Below, in pieces: positions 35,035 to 48,209 of a stretch of 64,000 bases of DNA. Positions within the stretch are counted from its first letter, which is position 1. Each line of letters begins with the position of its first letter. The stretch lies in assembly GCA_047967505.1 (NCBI GenBank), contig CM106538.1; one strand, 5' to 3'. A program made the position numbers and the translations under genes. Below the pieces are notes generated by a model. The model ran no database searches, was not told the origin of the DNA, and was given only the letters and a program-made list of their open reading frames with translations. The DNA is from Dipteris shenzhenensis (lineage: Eukaryota).

Positions 35035-36039
35035 CCACTAATTTGGCATGCAGAATCCTTGAATGTAGATGCGTTCCCATGTGAGCCACCTTTTCGTCCA
35101 AGCACAATTGTGGGTAGAATGGGCATGTTAGAGAGGTGAAGAAAAGTAGGTTGTTGGTCGTGAAGATAGCGCGTGCAACTCCTCCTTTTGATAGCTATCC
35201 ATTATGGAAGTTTGCCTCGATGATAGAATTTGCAAGGAAGCAGAGGATCAGAGTCTATGCACACGCGATCATTTGAGCGTGGTTGGTCTGCGCACATGAC
35301 CTGTGCACTGAAACAATAATGGAGAAATTTTTTCTCTCCCTGAGTCAATGACCATAAGGTTACAGGTTTGGTGGTCGGCACCGGTGAGGTGCAAAGTCTC
35401 GACTGGCGAAATTCTAGTGCAAAAGCCAGCACCTGGGAGCGCATAAATGCGCCCTACTAACTAGCTGTTTCCACGCAGGGGTGAATGCAACACCCCTGCT
35501 CCTCCTAAGCGCCACCGGTGGTAGTGGGTTGCACAACAGCCACTAGCCTTTGTTGTTTCCTCGGGTAGAATGGAGATAGAGTGAAGAAGAGCCAGAGGCA
35601 GGGACAGAAGGCAGCGCAGCAGAGAATTAACACAGAGGGAGGGACAGAAGGAGGGCAGGGTGAGAGTTGATTGGTGGATGCCTTGCCAGAGACTGCAGGA
35701 TCACTTTTCGAGGCTGCAGGTTCATTTCTCGATGTAGGTCGAACCCAGGAGGCCCTTTGGATCCAACGAAATTAGTTGAATTCATTCTAGCTCGAAGTGC
35801 CATTTGAGGTTGTGGTGTGAGAACAACACACAGGTTGCTGTCATGTAAGAAAATGGCCCATTTATCCCTGCGTGGAAAGAGCTTGTAAGGTAAATGTGTA
35901 GCTTGATCCCGAGGCGTGCACCCGTGGTCCGGTGCGCACAGGCGCTCGGAGTGAAAAGTGAGAGCATAGGAAAGGGCGTCAAGAGCCAAGGAGGCCTGTG
36001 AATGGGGAGGCGCAAGACCAGCAGCTAATAACGCACAAT

Positions 36040-36114
36040 TTATCATATCATCATCATCATCATAATCATCAGAATCATCATCATGATCATCATCTTCTTC
36101 TTCTTCTTCTTCTT
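36040..36114. repeat. (CAT)n/(CTT)n microsatellite in the presumed 5' leader of the trihelix gene
   Basis: Direct reading; closed by TAA at 36118-36120 in the His-reading frame. Confidence 0.85.
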
Positions 36115-36173
36115 AGTTAATCTTGTGCTCCGAGCTTTCGAGCTTTTCGTAGGCCTTCGCAGTAAGCTCTACA

Positions 36174-37120
36174 CTGGCTTTCCTCCCCCCCCCCTTTTCC
36201 TCCTCCTCCTCCGATGGCATCCTTCTCCCTCCCCCCCTTGACCTGTCCTCCAAAAAGGAGGACCGTATCCCCCCCTGGGGCTTCCAGGAAACCCTCGACT
36301 TCATTTCCATCCGTTCTCAGCTCGAAAAGGACTTCACCCAAACTAAACGTAACAAAACCCTCTGGGAGATCATCTCTTGCAAAATGAAGGACAAGGGCTA
36401 CCGCCGTAGCGCTGAGCAATGTAAGTGCAAGTGGAAGAACCTCGTCAACCGTTACAAGGTGGGATTTTTCTTCTTTCGTATGGTGAATTTCTCATGTTGC
36501 TTCTCTTTTTCTTATTCGATTTGCGAATCATGTTTGTTTAGATGGGCGTAACCTCGCAGGGCTCGGAACCAGATAATGGTCGACAGTGCCCCTTCTTTGA
36601 GGAACTGCATGCAATTTTCACCGAGCGTGCCAACTCCATGGACAGGCTGCGCTTAGCGTCGGAATCGGGCGCTAAGACAAAGAGAAAAGGCACAAAAGGC
36701 TCGCTTTTGGATAGGTCTTCCGAAGATCTTTCCGACGAGGAGGACGATGAAGACGAAGAAAGTGAGGACGAGCGCGCTGTAAAATCCAAGAAGAGGAAAT
36801 CCGATCGGGATCGACAGAGGGCTACCGCTGAGAAATGTAGAGCCAACAGCATGCTCGAGGTTCTGGAAGACTTCTTTCAGCAGCAACAGCGCATGGAGGT
36901 CCAGTGGAGGGAGGCTATGAAGAGGCGGGAGGAAGAGCGCAGACTACGAGAGCAAGAGTTTTTAAATGCCATGGAGAATCTGGAGAATGAGAGGATTATG
37001 AGAGAACAGCACTGGCGAGAGAGAGAGGAGCAGAGACGTGCTAGGGAAGAAGCTCGAGCAGAGAAAAGAGATGCTTTGTTCAGCGCTATCTTGAATCGAC
37101 TCACCAAACAGGAGCCCTAA
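36174..37120 (+). CDS. Trihelix transcription factor, GT-1 clade (GT-3b-like); exon 1 ~36174-36458, intron 36459-36541, exon 2 36542-37120; start codon uncertain
   Basis: Exon 1 encodes KEDRIPPWGFQETLDFISIRSQLEKDFTQTKRNKTLWEIISCKMKDKGYRRSAEQCKCKWKNLVNRYK. Phase-0 GT..AG intron. Exon 2 encodes GRQCPFFEELHAIF, an acidic tract, and a coiled coil (WREAMKRREEERRLREQE...RAEKRDAL). No internal stops. Confidence 0.93.
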
Positions 37121-38879
37121 TAGTTTCCATGCATTGCAACATCGAGGGTTGCCCTTCTCTGCCACTCTCTGTTTCCTCAGCATATTTTGTGATGGTTTTC
37201 CATTCGGAGATAAGGTTCAGATGCACCCATCTGAAGCTTTCTTTCAGAACCCTGCTATGTTACCCGCTACTACTCATGCATACCTCCATTAGTACGTCTC
37301 ATTTCTGACTCTGCAGGAAACTCTGTACGTCCCACCACATTCAAAGCCAAAAGCATGGCACACACCAGCTCCAGATTATGCTGCTTCACATTTCCTAGGA
37401 ACATTTGAACCTCTAACAGAAACCTCGAATTCTTCTTTTGAAGCACAACAAAGGAGGCATGTGTTCGTTGACTCTAGTATTTCTAACCCTCATTTGTGTT
37501 GCGGCTTTTAAACATTTGTGGCTGTCTCTATTGTGCGCTGGAAGTATAGGTTACTGAAGATTTAGGACGGATACATGGTCCATTTATTCAACTACAAGAT
37601 TCATGACCAAGGCCTTAGTTCTTTAATAAGCCTTTCTGTGTACAGCTTATTTGAATCGATATACAGATGCTATGTAAATATGTTTTCTCACAAAAGGAGG
37701 AATCTTTTTGAGAGGCACATGCATGATCTTAAAAACTTGGGGGATCCTCCTTGATCTGCTTTTACATGATGGTCAGATCTGGTCTGAAGGTTTGTTTGAG
37801 ACATTGAAATGCTTGGAAGCTTGATGAAGGTCAGGTCTGAAGGTTTGTCAGAGACATTGAAATGTTTGGAAGCTTTACGCAGGTAACTGCTAATACACAT
37901 AGAATGAAAACTTTTTAAGTGTAGAGAATTTGAATGCTGTAGTTTCACAAAGAAAGCAAAGCTTGACAGTAATTTCCTACAATCAAGTGTGGCTATTTGA
38001 GCTCAGAAGGGAATTGAATCTGGCAACCCTATCAGTCAATTTGTCGTGAACAATTGTTTTCAACGAGAACCAAGGGCTGACCAGGTGCACTATCAGTGGC
38101 TATGTCTGTTAAGAGTGCCTACTATTTCAGCACAATCCTTAACACACTTGTTTAAGGATTTTAAAACAAGCTGAACAATGATGGTGAGTTTTTTAATGAG
38201 ACCCAAACTGCTTGGCCTAGAATCAGTTGGCTTGTAAACTGGGGTGACCAATTCTGGCTGAACTGTAAGAATTCAGTGTGCACTATATGTTGTAGTCTTA
38301 GATCTTTGGAATTCGGCTTTGGTTATGTTTAGGATCTGTGAATGTAGAATCAAAATCCCGTTTTCTTGTTAGTTCTTAGTGTTAGAAATGACCCAACAGA
38401 GGGTACGCACAGCGGAAGACTGATAGAATTGTCCAGAAGCTCTTACAGTGTGGTGTGGGGAGTGGAATCTCAAACTTCTTAACTTAATGTGCATCAAATA
38501 GATGTGCAGAGCATAGGTGTGTGCAGACTCATCAATAGACAATGAACCAGCCAGATAGAGAAACCACCAAAATAATATATTTCTGTCCAAAGCTATGGAC
38601 ACAATACAAAAGAGAGAGATCCAGAGTCCCACCAATGGTGTGGTCCTCTGATCTTACCACGAGGTCCTTGTATCTGCCGGCTATTCTTATTTTATTATTT
38701 ATAACTATTTTTAAATCTAGGATAAATAAATAAATAAATAAATAACCCCTTAAACAACAATGATAATAATTGTTTTCTTGTGTCTGTGCTTCATTTGTTT
38801 TCTTCGATGTGAGTGGGTCTATCTTTGTTTCCTTGTGTCAGCATTGGTGTTTCTTTTGTTTTGATGGTTCACTGAATTT

Positions 38880-38881
<2 letters not shown>

Positions 38882-38932
<51 letters not shown>
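38882..38932. repeat. (CT)n microsatellite
   Basis: Direct reading. Confidence 0.95.
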
Positions 38933-38936
<4 letters not shown>

Positions 38937-41900
38937 CTTTATCTTATTTTCTGCTTTGTTTCTTCCTTTTAGCTATCAAAATTTTGGCTGTTTGGGTTGG
39001 GATTTCAAAGCTTAGTAAGCACTGGGCTCACCCAGGAGATTTTGGAAATCTTTCAAAACACAAATGGCAGCTTATGGTTGGGCATTGATGAGAACATAAG
39101 CGTAGCTTTGCCACCAGGTCATGCTTATTTTTGTTTTTCTCATTTACTCATAGTATTGTTTAAAGTTGCTTGCAAATTCCCTTCTTTCCTCTGTTCTTTC
39201 ACTTGTTTTAAAGAATTTTGATTTGTTTAGATTAGATATGTTCTAGTCTCACGAAGGTATATATTCTGGCTGGACCTACACAAGCTTGCCTGCTAAGTAG
39301 CTATTAGGATGTGAGAATGTTGTATTCATTAGGTCATGCAGCCAACAGGGGGAAACCTTCCAGTTATCAATCATTCGCAAAGTCTTGGTGTTAGCTTGAG
39401 GACCCTCATGTCTTTTGCGCAGTGGATGCCCTTTGAAAAGCACCCAACAAGGCGCAATAGTTTAGGCCCTGGTTTTGGTGACTCCAGGTCCTGATGTAGA
39501 AATTGAGGCACGTCAGGTTGCTGCCATTGTCCTCTGGGAACAACAGTGAAGAAACAGAAGCGGAGAGCCCATGAAGTTGTTGGCAGCCTCATTTGTTCTG
39601 TGCGGGTAGGGGCATCGAATTGCTGCAATTCTGCTCATCAGTTACATAATGCATTATGGGAACTAAGACTGCAGCAAAACTGCATTGATTATGCATGAGC
39701 ATTGAGTAGGAAATGGAGTGCATCAGCACGGATGTTATACAGCTTGAGGTAGGAACTGGCCACACTGCATGAAAAAATTGGCAGCACTCCACCTGGCACG
39801 AGAAGGCAAGTTTATGGCGGGTAGGTTGCAGAGTTAAAAACTAACTGTAGGCTGTAGGCCACACATTGCCCTTGTATCTTGTGCATGGTTGCTAAGTGGC
39901 CATAAGGACTGCTATGATGCAAGCTTTACAAAGAGGATTACAAGTCAGAATGCAGTGGATGCATCTCCATAACAGTGGAATTGATATGATTTAATTGTAA
40001 AGCTATGTGAGTAGTGATTCCCAGATTTCCCCTTGTGCAGGAGTCTGACGCATATGGGAGAACAACTTTATAGGAGCGTGCATGATTCGCATACCATAGG
40101 TGTCAAACCTGTATTGGGCTCTGCATGGCACTAAGGATTGTACGGAGTTTATATCCTTTTCCCTATGTTTCCATTGGAGGGATGTGTGTAAATCCTAGGA
40201 TTGGCCAATGCCTTTCAGCGTATACAAGGTTAGCTTACATTAGTTAAGTATACTTCACACTTGTGCATGCAGGTATACCAAAAGTTAGTTAATGACAGCA
40301 GGCTTCATGGAGAAAATAACAATAAAAAGAGGGGCCTAGGTCATATGATAAAGCTGTTCCCACTTGAAAATAACATTGTTACCTTCCTGGTGCAAGTAAT
40401 CAGACAAGTGTGGCTCAGAAGTCTTCCACTGCACTGGTGGATAGTACAGTCAGAATGATGTATCTGGAGCTCGCAAAAGGTGAGGGGCCATGAAGTAAGT
40501 TGACCTAGTCATATTAGATCTGTTTCAGTAGTGACCTAGAAGTCAATTTCTTGGTTAGCAATTCGCTCAAACTGTGCTCTGATATACGTGGAAAAGAAGG
40601 GATTCTCTGTAGGGCATGCTTAGACGGATTCATTGGATTTCATGTGACATGCAGTTTTCTTTTTGAGCTTCCATGGTTTTCATGTGTCATCCCATGCGTT
40701 GATTCTAAGTGTGTTGTTGCCTTCGGTCGACATGAGCAGGACTTAAATATCACAGAAAGATGTTTCATAAGGTACCTCACAATATATGGCATTTGTAATG
40801 GTAAAAAAGTGTGTGCAATATTGGCTATATGAAATCTTGATTCCTTACGCTTTGCGAAGTTACAAATGGTATATCGCGTATTAAACAGTAAAGAAGCCTG
40901 TGCAATATTGCCAACATGAAATCTTTATTCTTTACCCTTACTCTTTGAGGTGTTAGTTACTCAAATTCAACAATATTATTGAGATATGACCAGGGTTTTT
41001 GGCTTCACCCATTGTCCAAGAAAATCCTCAGAGCAAGATGACACATAATCCAAAAAGAGAACAGCAAGCTTTACTTTGGGCATGATGACGAAAAAGGCAA
41101 ATTTGGACTCGGGCATGAATTTGAGAAGTGGGAAGCTGAGAGTACTTTACACTGAGGACAATTCCAACCATGCAATACAAGTGTAAACAGGAGTGTTTCT
41201 GTTTCGTCAGAATTGCTGTCCTCTTCTAGCGTGGGTTCATGGTGTAATTGAAAATTCACTGTGGAAGCTATTTTGGGAGGGACATAGCTCTGAATATGAC
41301 TCTTGATTCTCGTCATGTAAATGTAGTTGGACATCTGAAATTAAAGGACATGAAATCATTAAATGCTAAATTTTTTAGTTTTTACATCTGAATTCTGATT
41401 TAAAATCAGACACCCATTTAAAATCAATCAGGTAAAGTTGGACATGAAACTACAATATGCTGGGTTGTTTAGTTTGGCATCTGAATTTCTCATTGAAAGT
41501 CAGACCGTGGTAAGCACTGATATGACTATTGATTCTCTTGTCATGGAAATGTAGTTAGTAACCACATGGCATCTATTACATCATTGTCTAAGAAAGAAGC
41601 ATGTATAATTGATGTGCCTCGAGGCAGGTTCTTTTATAAATATTATATGCTGGACCTTAATTCTAGAGTTTTTAAAGAGCTTAGTGATCTTCATTTCTTA
41701 CATTGTGATGGCCTATTTAACTCCCTGGATATCCACTACTATTTACTACATTATTTATTATTATTTATTGCGCATTTGTTATTGATCAAACACGTGAGTT
41801 CTGTTCGTAGGATGTCACATGCGGCCGGCTTTCTCAAATCAGCCAATCCTATGTATAGATCATCTTCAATTAAGCGACATTACTTCTATAGTTGATCACC

Positions 41901-42639
41901 ATGCATGTTTACATCATCTTTATTGTGGTTGTGACATCTTTAGTATGGTGGTGGCACATTAGATGCATGGGAAAGCCATATTTGCAATCATTATATGTGA
42001 TGGGATTCTAGATGCTAAAGCATGAGGTAGGTTCCATGTTGGTGGAATTATTGAGTCTATAGGGTTATTGGGTTCCTTAACAAATGACCCTTCACTTGAT
42101 CGTGATAATTAGCACGTTGCACAAGATTGATGCGTTGCTCATCTATATGGTTCTCGCACCCACTAGGGTTTTGGTGGTTAGAAAGTCTAAGCACATCTCT
42201 CGACCTTGATAGCATGCTAGAACATAGTGAGGATTGTTACGTGATAGCTTAACCCTATGCAACGGAAGAATGTTAAACCAAAGGAAGAATGTTGAACGAA
42301 TGAGTAGTACTCAAGGAGATCCAAGTTTATATGATGTGTGCATAGGAAAGCTCTCTCAAGGACACTCGGACTTGGAGTAATAGATTCTACTAGAGCAACC
42401 AAAATGCTCCAAATAGATGCACCAAAACAACCATATGCTTCTATAAGGTTTTGATATTTTTTGCGGTTGCCTTGGATGCTCTATGGAGAGCAAGTTATTT
42501 GCTCCAAGCTTTGCCTTGCTCTTTGCTTAGGTGCGTGCTCTTCGTGGAGTGTTACTGGCTTCATAGTGAATGTTTTTGGCATGGGCACAAGTGCCCTATT
42601 GATTTGGGTGGGCGTGTTTTTTTTTTTTTTGGGGGGGGG

Positions 42640-45600
42640 AGGTTGGAACTTAGTCTATCCCCTTCCATATGTTGGCCTTAGACATGATTTGTCCTAGTCT
42701 ACTAGTCTATCCCCCTCCATATGTTGGCCTTAGACACGGATCATTCTAGTCTACTAAAGGGTCGACCAGAATCTCGACCTCACTTGGGAGGGCGACTAGA
42801 CAAGCCCAATATTTGACCCCATTGATTGCCCATTTGGCTTACCAGTAGATTGATGGCCAACCTGTTCTCAGTCACTATAGTAGTCCTCTAACCTTGTTGC
42901 TATTTGTACAACACATTGGGCCACATACCACCCACATATGCTTGTGAATCTTATCTTCCCTCCTGGCATGTTGCCACAACACAAGTGGGCTGATCTCCTT
43001 CACTAGGCACACCATTGTCGGTAAATCTTCTAGCCCCTTCACATGCGATCTTGTTGATGGTCTGTTTTTCTTACTACCCTTAGGTTAACTTTATAGGCAC
43101 TCGATGTTCGCTACTCGTAAACCCTTAATCCAACGTGTGTAGTGCTCAAATGAAGATGCTTGCTCATGCAATCCTTGGTGAGCTGTGCGTGCGAGCGTAC
43201 TCGGGTGTGATGTAGATAGACATCAAGGGAAACAACTTGGAGGTTGGGGTTGCTATTGAAGGAACTGCTGGCGCCACCTGCTCCTGCTTGTGTTGGTGAA
43301 TTCTCCGTAAGTTTCGCTTGTGTTGGTCTAACCCAAGGGCTAACATTTCACCTTGGCTTTTTGCAATCGGGTCCCCACGGTTCCAGACTGGATGGAACTA
43401 AGCACGGCTCAAAGGTGGGTTGAAGCCATGGGGCCGTCATACTAGGTCACGCCTTTATAATGAAGGCTGACAAGGAGCTACTCGGGAGCAGTAGAGGAAG
43501 GTCCGAAGGCATAATTTGGAGGGCAAGGGAGGAAGATGGTATGGGAGGGAGAGGCTCAAAAGGATTAATCGTCTCTATCGGATTGAGAGGAGGCTAGGGA
43601 TACAAGGAGTGTATGTCGATGGGAGGCCTCTCGGGTTTTGTGAGCCAATCCATAGACCTTTACTTGGTGAGTGGGTCCTCGGAGGGGTTTGTGATGTCGA
43701 AGGCATCCTCAAACCGAGTCACGTAGTGTTTCATTGGGTGTGACTTTCTCCTGCCGCTTGAACCACATGGTAGCTGCCTTCTTGATGTGGCTGCCTAGCA
43801 GTTTCTTGATCTCCATAAGTAACGCCACGTAATATACTAGAAGGGTCGGCATAATTGGGCGCATAAGGGCACGGATCCAAGCTGCAATAACTGCCTTATA
43901 CTGTTGGCGGGCTTCTCGGTCTTGGACAAACAAGTCAAAATTGCGGTAGGTGCACTCATAAAAGGAAGTCTTTGGGGTGATGGTTTGAGTGTCGTATTGT
44001 GAAGAGATTGAGGCGGGGTCGGAGGAGAGCTGGAGTCTGCCGAGTCGATCTGTGCCCAAGCCCTATGGCGGATAGGGAATTGGTGTCGGCGGAGCACTCA
44101 ACACAAAACTTCAGTTGCCAGGGTGGCAACGAGAATTACATCTTCTCCATCCAAAAATGGCTATGCTTCCAGAACCTACTCGGGTGAAGTTTGGGTGGCC
44201 ATTTCAAAAACGGGCGGGGCAAAGACCTGTCCTGCCTTGTAAAAAAGAACCATGAAGGAAGTTTGGGTCCCTACGTCATTTCCTAGCTCAAGACTGACAA
44301 AATGAGTCGGGGGGCCAATTGTATGCCCTTTTCGCAAAAGAAAACTAAGTGGGTTTGAGTTCACCCTTCGTCCTTCGGCTCGGAAAACCTTTGGCTGGTA
44401 GGAACTAGCCAGAGTAGGGCCTGAGCCATGACATCTTCGTTAGTTGCTTTGGAGTGACCTGGAGCAGACATGCCTTTAGAGCTAGTGGCTGCCTTTTGGA
44501 TTGTTGGCCGGACCTAAGGGAGAGGATGAGAGGAGTGTCGGGGCTCTCCTTGGCCCATTGCTATATTGCCAATCAGGCTCCCTGCACCTAGGCAGCTTTA
44601 TCGAGTGCTCGGCAAGAGATTGGGGAAGTTGGATGAGAGATTGTACTTGAGAATAATTCACTATCTTTGTTTGAGCCGAGTGTTCTCGGCTCGCAAACCC
44701 TCCAATTCCTCTAGATCCGGGCGGAGTTGTGCAATTTTTGCTCGAATTATCGCTATCTTGACCTGTGCCTTTTGAAGAGCTTCTTGCTTCGTCTGCGCTC
44801 GCTATTGTGCATCCTATAGTATTGCCTACAACAGCAGCCGAGAAGCTACAATTGTCAACGTCTCCTAGGAAGCTTGGAGTTTGGAGTTATTTGAGTGTAA
44901 CTTGTCCACCTCACACTGTAGGTTGCCATAATCTCATTGTAACCCAGTGTGAGTGTATTAGAGTTGGCTATGAGATTCTACCATGGATGATTTTTTCAAG
45001 TTAGTTTCGTTAATTTTATATTGGCATCGAAAGTTTGTATGCTTTAGTAAAAATAAATGTTTGAAACTTTCACCAGGATTTAGACCTTTTTGCAAAAAAA
45101 ATTGAAGTTTAGCCAGGATTTACATATTTTCCTTCAAAATTCAAAAGAAAAAATATAAAAAAGTACTACATTCTACCAATGTTGTGAAACTAAAAAAATG
45201 AGCTTGAAAACTTTTGCCATGATTCTATATTAATAGATAAGCATAGCTTCGATAAAAACATTCTTGGATTCTACCAACTCATCATACACATTGCGCCGAC
45301 CATCCTATTGCTCCTACAGCCTATCCCTTTCTACACTAAGGGTGGTCTGTGCTTGCCGAAGTGTAGCCATGTCCTTTTCAAAGAACTCAAACAACTAGCC
45401 CCTGTACTGCATCTAGACAAAGACATTTTGATTCAGTACTTGGGAAGGGAGCTAGTTGTTGGCTAGATAGTCCAGTGCTGAGCTGCTACAACCAAATTTT
45501 CCCTCAAACAGTGCCACTGTGTCTTTGTGGCTTATCGGTCTATATCAATATCCTTGTGCAACAAAGGATCGAGGGGAAAATTCCTTTTTGGTTGGGGGCA

Positions 45601-46600
45601 AGGCTAGGAGAAGTTTAGGGGCAGAGGTAGAGTGGCTGAACTAGTCGATGCTGTGGCGACCACTTGTTCTTTTGGCGTCTGCTACTCAACCTGTGGTTCC
45701 ACTCCCTATTCCACCTGTTGCTGGGCTCTTTAGGCTTTTCTCACTCCTACTGCTCGGAGCCTTGTCTTGGTTGCACTTCCTTGTATCTTCCCAGTCAGAC
45801 TCGATGCATTTTGACTTAGAATCCTGGGACTTTCTTACCTTGTGACTCTTCCTATTTACTTCCCTTGTTGTCCATGGCATCTTGCCCCTTTGTGCCAGAT
45901 GGGCCTACTCCAACACTAGAGAGTGTTGGGCCACAACACTTCTCCTGAGACCAGCCTATGATGCAGCATGTAGAGATGGGGCCTGAGCTTGCAATGTGCT
46001 TGGCCCCGACAACCTTAATTTTTTACTCGAATGTTTTAGCTAGTTTGGTCAAGCCAATCTACTTCATCCCCTTATAGGCAGTATGTGTTTGAGCGATGCA
46101 TACCCAACGCTTTTCTTCAGCCCAATGTACTCGGAGAGGAATCAGCAAAAAGTGCAAAGGCCTTCATCAAGGACTTGTTTATCAAATAACCCTATCATGA
46201 CAAGTAACTTCCCTCCTCAAGTACTCTTTGCATCTGTCCACACTTAGTGCTTCCAGAATTGCTAACTGAAAGACTTCCCCCAATAAATGTTGTAGACAAC
46301 CAAATATGTGTGCCTTGGACGATGCTATGATCCCCCACTTTATAGGAGTCCAAGATTTCCTCTACAATGGCTTCATTCCAAACTTTTGCACTTTGCAAAT
46401 CAGAGTAGGTGATTGGACTTCAGAACCACATTCAGGATAAGTTTGAGAAATCCGTAATTGAGTGAGGGGGAGCAACCCATGAAGTTGACCAATGTCACTT
46501 TTGATGGATTGTTCGGGCTGCACATTCCTCCATGGTAAGGAATATGGTGTAGAATGAAATAAATGAAGGTGGAAGTGGGAGCAAAAGAAAAGGAAAATAA
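42640..46600 (-). mobile_element. Old Gypsy-type non-core remnants (LTR-like tandem motifs and decayed accessory ORFs)
   Basis: A 52-bp tandem TAGTCTATCCCC...GGCCTTAGACA at ~42651-42755, fragmentary minus-strand ORFs, and adjacency to a Gypsy RT fragment. No diagnostic domain recognised. Confidence 0.35.
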
Positions 46601-46869
46601 AGAGGGCAAATGAATAGTAGTCAAGTGCAATGGTGAGTGATAAAGAAGGCAAATGTCTTGAGCAGAGTGTAAACAACCAATAACGGCTATAGATGGACGT
46701 CCTCTCACCTAGTGGTTGCATTATTTAGCAAAACACCCCTATATTTGGCATGATTAGCCCAAATTAATGTCTTTGTAATGGTCAAATTGACATGTGTCTA
46801 CATGTGAGTTGCCCCATCCAACTGTTAGCAAACAGCTCACTGGCACACTTACTGGTACACAAGGCTTGG

Positions 46870-47165
46870 GTTAAGGAGCTGGACCTTGCTAATGGATCTC
46901 ACCCCCGAGCAAGAACAAGCCTTGCTTGCTCTGCTGCATGAATTTCAAGACTGTTTTTCCTGGAAATATATGTACATGAAGGGAATGCTGTTGAAAGTCA
47001 AACAACACACCATCCCTATGATGGAAGATATCATACTAGTGCCACAGAAACCCTATCTGTATGTGATGATCGTCCAAGAAGAGATACACAAGTAGAATGA
47101 TGTAGGGTCATTTACAAGATTGAGCATATAAACTGGTTGTCTCCCATTATCATAGTGCTTAATAT
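46870..47165 (+). mobile_element. Ty3/Gypsy (Tat-like) RT N-terminal fragment
   Basis: DLTPEQEQALLALLHEFQDCFSW...MKG...QHTIP...QKPY...VQEEIHK...IYKIEHINWLSPIIIV. Confidence 0.75.
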
Positions 47166-48209
47166 TGCAGGAGGGATAAAAGTGGCACGATGCACGAGCT
47201 TCTCTCATGCTTTCCTACCTTTTCACCATTTAAGGTAAAGTGAAAGGACTCAGACATGCCATCCTCCATGACCAATAGGTGTTCCTGCACATCCCTGAGA
47301 GTCCACTATGACATGACAGTCACATTCTTAACATCTCCTAAATGAGAACCAATACATAAACTTACCCCTGTATTATCATCATCGTTAGAGTCAAGGGGGA
47401 GCCAATTGTCACCTATTTTCTTCCAGCGCCTATATTGGAAAGCAAAATATAACATTTGGTGGGAGATGTGGTACTTAACAATCACATTGTCCTTACATAC
47501 ATGGCATTGAAACAGATCACCCTTTTGTTCACCTGACCTGCTTTCCCAATTCACCCCAAGCAATTCCTCAAGGGCATTCTCATGTAGGCACTTGCATGAC
47601 CACATGGTTTTTGTTCTGTGCATCCGGATATTATGAAAACAAGAAGCAAAAATGTGCAGAGGCATAAACCAAGACAACCTTACTCATTTAGAGCCAAATG
47701 TAAACTTCATGGCCATGCCCACATCCTTTGCAATCTTTTCCTTGTATGATTGCATTGTTCTTGTGTCCACCATGCTGCAATCCATGTCTTTAAGTTGTGG
47801 TGTTGCAATGCATTGAAGATGGCCATAGCCTGATGCTGTCCTTGGAGTAATGTACTTGGCATTATACCAATAGATATTTCTCTTTCAAAGCAGAGGACTT
47901 CTCTCCAGCATGCATTTGCCTTCCTAAATCCTCATGAATGGCAGTAAACTTACCTAAGAAGCACTCGACTGGTTCCCACTCCTCAAAGTCTAAAGGAAAT
48001 ACATCTGCTATGCACAAGTGCTATTTCAAAATACAATTTCAAACTAACTCATTACACTGGTTCTATTTCAAAATACAATTTCAAGCTAACTCATTACACT
48101 TAAAAATCTTACACAAATGCAGACTTACAATGCGATGGTATTGTCGATTGATTGCTTGACGGAGGAAGGCGCATGTCCTTCCCCATGTAGATGTGTTGCA
48201 CCTTTGCAA

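Noticed and set aside
36040-36120. His-rich N-terminal extension of the trihelix protein
   Set aside because: The (CAT)n run is in a different frame from the domain and ends in TAA at 36118-36120.
47190-48200. Minus-strand Copia RT/RNase H remnant or host gene (ORF 47306-47677)
   Set aside because: Only faint echoes (MVDTR, FTFGSK); too degenerate to call by eye.
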